Assembly (NCBI GenBank): GCA_963669175.1
Contig: OY769902.1
Coordinates: forward strand, 5,312,001 to 5,376,000
Direction of reading: 5' to 3'
Length of the DNA stretch: 64,000 nucleotides
Source: a bacterium
Lineage (GTDB): Bacteria; Electryoneota; Electryoneia; Electryoneales; Electryoneaceae
Shown here: positions 59,844-64,000 of the stretch, piece after piece
How the letters are laid out: every line of letters begins with the position of its first letter
Numbering within the stretch: position 1 is the stretch's first letter
Position numbers and translations under genes: made by a program
The notes under the pieces: model-generated
What the model was told of the DNA's origin: nothing
Databases searched by the model: none
Seen by the model: the letters and a program-made list of their open reading frames with translations, nothing else

Positions 59844-62060
59844 ATGAGTAAGAAACGCATTCGAAAACCGGGTTCCGGCGTTGTGTTGGTGGCCTTCGTG
59901 GCGCTGACCGCTCTCGCCTTTTTGCAGTGTGCCCCAGATATCGGTTTACCCTCCTGGGACATCAAGATGACCCTGCCGTTCAGCCAACAGCGATATGGCC
60001 TTGACAGCCTTATCAGCCGACCTGACGAAGTCGCCGAAGATAACGGCGGCATTGACACGCTGGACGGCGGCATGCTGCGCTTTTTCCACATCGAACCTTT
60101 CGATTCGGTAAATGTAGCAGATTCATTGCTTGAGATGGATACCGAAGACACTACGGACTATCCTGTGATTGTCGGCACGCTGACGATGGATTCAACCGAA
60201 ATGGTGGAATCTCGTATCAGCGCAGCGGCGCTTGTTCCCGGTTTTTCCGGCGATGATTACTACGATTTCACTCCTCTGGTCATTCCTCAGAGCGCACGCG
60301 CATCCGAGATGGATAATTTCGACAGCCTGAGCGTAGCGCATGTTATTGACCCTAACGGTGGAAACCTGTTCCTGCAACTGTACAACAATACAAACCTGAA
60401 CTGGACTGAGGTTGTCGCAGATATTCATATCAACGAAACCGGGTATCCACAAATTGGGACAGTGACTTTTTACAATGTTGGCGCTGGTCAGACACAGGTT
60501 GAATACACCGACCTTTCCGGCGACACGCTTAAAGAATCGCTAATCCTGTTTGTAGAAGGATATGGTAATGATACTACAGGCGTGTATGTCTCATCTGAAA
60601 ATGGCCTGGAGTTTTCGAGTTGGATTAATGATCTTCAGTGCGATTATGTCTATGGCTTCATCGGGAAACAGAATCCTGTCTATGACACAACGATAACCGA
60701 ATTTGAAGATGAAGACAACTGGATTGTTCGCGCCTACGTCGAATACGGCATTATCAATGTGAATGTCCGAAACATGACGAACACGGAAGATTCGGTCTAC
60801 ATTAAGATCCCCAGTTTTGTCAGCGCCGCAGATACGACAGACACATTACAACTTGATTTCTTCCTGGAACCTCTACACGAAGGCCTGGTACGCTCTTCAC
60901 GCGATACTATTCTGTACCTGGAAGACATGTTGATGACCCTGGAGCTTCCTGAAGGCTATGACACGCCAACCCCGGCGAATCAGTCAATTGACTACTTCAG
61001 CAAGGTTGTGGTGCTGGGGGGGGGCAGAGACGCTTTTGGCCGGCGACAGGAAGTTGAGATCCGTAGCGAAGACTCTGTTTTCGCGCAAGTCATTGTTGAA
61101 GAGTTCGATTTTGACTGGCTTTGGGGTGTTGTCAAAGACGAACGTATTGATCTTGACAGCATCGATATTGAGATCAACAGTTTCGAAGACAACGGCGACC
61201 TTCAGCGGGATTTGTCCGGCAACTTCAGATTGGAAGATGCCCAGATCCTGATTGATTTGAGTGGTTCAACGGTAGAATCCCCGGCCAAGCTGGTCATGGA
61301 TGTCACAGCGATCAACACCTACTTGCCAGCCGGTGAGCAGGAGATGACAGAACAATTCATACGTTGGATATCCCCGGGGCAGGACACGGTGTATATCGGC
61401 GGTCCGAATGACGACGATCCGCGAGTTACGCAGCTGATGAACCATCTCCCGAACCAGCTTATGGTCGCAGGGGATGTTCGTATCGGCCGTGATCATCTCA
61501 GCGAGCCGGACAGCCCGTGGGATCCCTACCAGCCTTATCCGCTTCGAAGTGATGATATGGTCGTGGGAAGTGTTATCCTTGAAGCCCCATTACAGTTAAG
61601 TATCGAGAACGGCACCCCTATTCATGCCGAAATTGACAGTATTGGCGAAGGCTTTGAAAGCGGATTACGGTCGATGAATATGAGGGCGGTTGTCTCGAAT
61701 ACAATCCCGCTGGGCGGCCAATTGTACTTGATAGCCGGTAGTTTTGCCAATGAGTCTATCGCGGACAACGCTCTCCAATGGGCGAACGTGTCACAATACC
61801 TCATTGCCGGCCCGGTCAATATCCCGATTCCGGAGATTGATCAGGATACCAGGCGGGCTGTAGAAGCGATCGCTGATACAGTACACCTGGAAGTGGGCGC
61901 TGATGCGATGAGTATACTGACGTCAGACAGCCTGTTCATGCGGCAGATTCTGTACGTTGAACCTACAGACGGTTACATAGCGGCATATGAGTCCGATGCC
62001 ATCAACATCTCCATCATCGCAGAGGTGGAATACCGTGTAAACGAGGAGGATGACGAATGA
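59844..62060 (+). CDS. Acidic putative lipoprotein, hypothetical
   Basis: GGAGG RBS; basic N-region, hydrophobic core then Cys; PSWD..LP motif; beta-rich. Confidence 0.7.
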   Translation: MSKKRIRKPGSGVVLVAFVALTALAFLQCAPDIGLPSWDIKMTLPFSQQRYGLDSLISRPDEVAEDNGGIDTLDGGMLRFFHIEPFDSVNVADSLLEMDTEDTTDYPVIVGTLTMDSTEMVESRISAAALVPGFSGDDYYDFTPLVIPQSARASEMDNFDSLSVAHVIDPNGGNLFLQLYNNTNLNWTEVVADIHINETGYPQIGTVTFYNVGAGQTQVEYTDLSGDTLKESLILFVEGYGNDTTGVYVSSENGLEFSSWINDLQCDYVYGFIGKQNPVYDTTITEFEDEDNWIVRAYVEYGIINVNVRNMTNTEDSVYIKIPSFVSAADTTDTLQLDFFLEPLHEGLVRSSRDTILYLEDMLMTLELPEGYDTPTPANQSIDYFSKVVVLGGGRDAFGRRQEVEIRSEDSVFAQVIVEEFDFDWLWGVVKDERIDLDSIDIEINSFEDNGDLQRDLSGNFRLEDAQILIDLSGSTVESPAKLVMDVTAINTYLPAGEQEMTEQFIRWISPGQDTVYIGGPNDDDPRVTQLMNHLPNQLMVAGDVRIGRDHLSEPDSPWDPYQPYPLRSDDMVVGSVILEAPLQLSIENGTPIHAEIDSIGEGFESGLRSMNMRAVVSNTIPLGGQLYLIAGSFANESIADNALQWANVSQYLIAGPVNIPIPEIDQDTRRAVEAIADTVHLEVGADAMSILTSDSLFMRQILYVEPTDGYIAAYESDAINISIIAEVEYRVNEEDDE

Positions 62061-63475
62061 GTTGGCGAAAGCCAGGCAGTCTGATACTCCTTACAATACT
62101 GGCTCTTTTCATAATTCTACCTGGTACGGCACAGGCTTTCCGTATCAACCACGCTCGTGCAATCGGGTTTGGTGGATCGCTGGGAACAACGCCGCGAGGT
62201 GTTGAGGTTGTCGGCTGGAATCCGGCCTTTCTGGGGTTGCAGGACAATCCCAGGATGTCCTTCAATACACCCCTGGTGAATGTTGGTTTCCGGATATCCA
62301 ACGATGCTTTCTCGATCAATGAGCTGGAGCAGTATTTCCAGGACGGAAAGCTTCTTGCAAGCTCGGATAAACAGGCCATCCTTGATGAAATCGGCGGTGA
62401 TGCCTTTGAGCTTCGCGGCGGTGCAAATGCCATGATCGGCGGGGTCAGTTTCCCGACAAACCAGGTCAATATGGCTGTGACCATCGATATGATCGCCACA
62501 GGCGACGCCGAGATTGACAAGGATTTTCTTGAATTTGCCCTGTATGGCTACACACTTGATGATGTAGGTGTGGAGAAAGCATTCCATGAAATGCTGCTTG
62601 AAGGTGTTGTTCTTACCCGGTTGGGCCTGACATTCGCCAAACAATTCCAGGAATTTGAGATTCTGGATGCCGAATGGCTGGATGAACTGTCTGCCGGTAT
62701 CAGTTTCTATTACAATTATGGTCTTGAATACGGCAGCATGGATCATTTTGACGGCAGTTATTATGTCCAGGAAGATCCCGATGGCAACATCATGCGGATG
62801 AATGGGCTTGTGCAGCTCATTTCCCCAGACTTCGGGAAGGGTTCCGGTGTTGGACTGGATATGGGTGTTGCCGCGAAGGTTCTGAATCGACGTGGTGTTG
62901 TCGGGTTGAGCCTGCTGAATATTGTTGGTACGGTAAACTGGACGAATATCGAACGGCGCGTATATGGTTTGTCCGTTGATGAAGCGCCGCCTCTTGAAGG
63001 ACTGGATGATTTCAACGATTGGTTCGATGAGAATTTTGAGCCCCTGGACACACTGACCAGCGCTGATGATCATAGCCAGCAATTGCCGAAATATATCCTT
63101 TTGACCGGTGGCTGGTGGTTGCAGGAAGACTGGTTGATTACCGGCACCTATCGCCAGGGTTTAAACCGTGTCGCCGGTGGAACCACAATTCCACGTTTGA
63201 GCGTGGGAACTGAATACATGGTTCACCCCATGGTCCCGATCCGGTGTGGCCTGGGTGTTGGTGGTCGTAGCGGGATTAACTGGGGTATTGGTTCCGGCAT
63301 CCGCTACCGTTGCTGGCAATCGGATATCGGCATCGGGTATGAAAAGGGAATCTTCAACAGCGCCAGCGGGATGTCGTTCGGGATCAGCACGACATTCTTC
63401 TTCGACGCGCCTCCGACCGATCCCTTCAAAACCAATACCTATTGGCAACGTGAAGCGGAACAATCCGGAAAGTAG
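62057..63475 (+). CDS. Outer-membrane beta-barrel protein (DUF5723/FadL-like)
   Basis: Signal peptide, ARAIGFGG..WNPAFLG, GVGLDMG, amphipathic strands; overlaps the upstream gene. Confidence 0.65.
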   Translation: MSWRKPGSLILLTILALFIILPGTAQAFRINHARAIGFGGSLGTTPRGVEVVGWNPAFLGLQDNPRMSFNTPLVNVGFRISNDAFSINELEQYFQDGKLLASSDKQAILDEIGGDAFELRGGANAMIGGVSFPTNQVNMAVTIDMIATGDAEIDKDFLEFALYGYTLDDVGVEKAFHEMLLEGVVLTRLGLTFAKQFQEFEILDAEWLDELSAGISFYYNYGLEYGSMDHFDGSYYVQEDPDGNIMRMNGLVQLISPDFGKGSGVGLDMGVAAKVLNRRGVVGLSLLNIVGTVNWTNIERRVYGLSVDEAPPLEGLDDFNDWFDENFEPLDTLTSADDHSQQLPKYILLTGGWWLQEDWLITGTYRQGLNRVAGGTTIPRLSVGTEYMVHPMVPIRCGLGVGGRSGINWGIGSGIRYRCWQSDIGIGYEKGIFNSASGMSFGISTTFFFDAPPTDPFKTNTYWQREAEQSGK

Positions 63476-63502
63476 ACAATCCTTGCTTTATAGACGTATA
63501 TA

Positions 63503-63530
63503 GCAAACCCTCCTTGATGGAGGGTTTGTT
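63503..63530 (+). terminator. Rho-independent terminator
   Basis: CAAACCCTCC-TTGAT-GGAGGGTTTG then TTCTT. Confidence 0.65.
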
Positions 63531-63611
63531 CTTATACATCCGTTGATTTTAGCCCGAGTATTTCACCAATGCAATTTCAAATGTGATATTTGATGGAATG
63601 GACTGTACAAG

Positions 63612-63859
63612 AACCACGGCAGTGGTTCCCTGAATTAGCCCACCGTCCAGCGCCGTCTGTTTGGCGCTCACGGTGGGAATAGGATGTACGCTACTTGCCA
63701 ACCCCGGCAGCGGGTTGCCTGAATATTGCCACCCTATACTCTTGATTATTTTCAGGTTACTCCTTCCGGAGTAAATATATGGTGCGCACTATCTCCCAGG
63801 GTAGCCGCCAAACTGACGGCGGCAGCCCTGGGCTAATACAGGTTGCCCCTGCCGGGGCG
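63612..63859. repeat. REPIN-like pair of degenerate inverted multi-hairpin repeats
   Basis: TTAGCCCACCGTCCAGCGCCGTCTGTTTGGCG...GGGAATAG versus reverse complement of CTATCTCCCAGGGTAGCCGCCAAACTGACGGCGGCAGCCCTGGGCTAA; short CCCCGGCAG hairpins. Confidence 0.6.
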
Positions 63860-64000
63860 GCTGCCGATTCTCAGCTTCATTTTGCCAGCGAAACAGGGAA
63901 TAGACACGATAGGGGATACCGGAGCAAACTGTACCCTGAAAAATGCTGTATGAATCAGTTGTATTGTGTTGACATGAAATGTGTTAAGATGAATATCCAT

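Overview
A 64-kb bacterial chromosomal window, moderately GC-rich by eye. Gene content suggests a flagellated Gram-negative FCB-superphylum organism (inferred from T9SS/FlgD-type C-terminal domains, bacillithiol genes, kdsD, a sigma-28 flagellin and a ptsH-ptsI-pgi/pmi-metK-ahcY block). Most of it is housekeeping or metabolic: a Cache/PAS hybrid kinase, prpD, glycosyltransferases, typA, bshA/B1/C, Crp, manC, a CoA-transferase with an Ald-like gene, flagellin, nrdJ, kdsD, a prenyl synthase, PTS genes, metK and ahcY. It also carries one AT-rich 1904-aa DUF4011-helicase-nuclease defence-type gene. The most striking unexplained structure is at 48614-49950: a Y1 HUH (IS200/RAYT-like) nuclease gene between ~91-bp inverted triple-hairpin repeats, bracketed by two different tandem arrays (15 x 31 bp and 8 x 22 bp) whose units share words with the hairpin arms. 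Other notable items are a 244-bp TA-duplicating MITE inserted into a REP-like hairpin (the empty-site paralog is in the window), several REP-like families, a secreted Ntn amidohydrolase whose catalytic Cys would be exposed by signal peptidase, a sensor kinase lacking the ATPase domain, and an Ald-like enzyme with substituted catalytic residues. No rRNA, tRNA or CRISPR array was recognised. All calls come from reading motifs by eye; no database searches were run.
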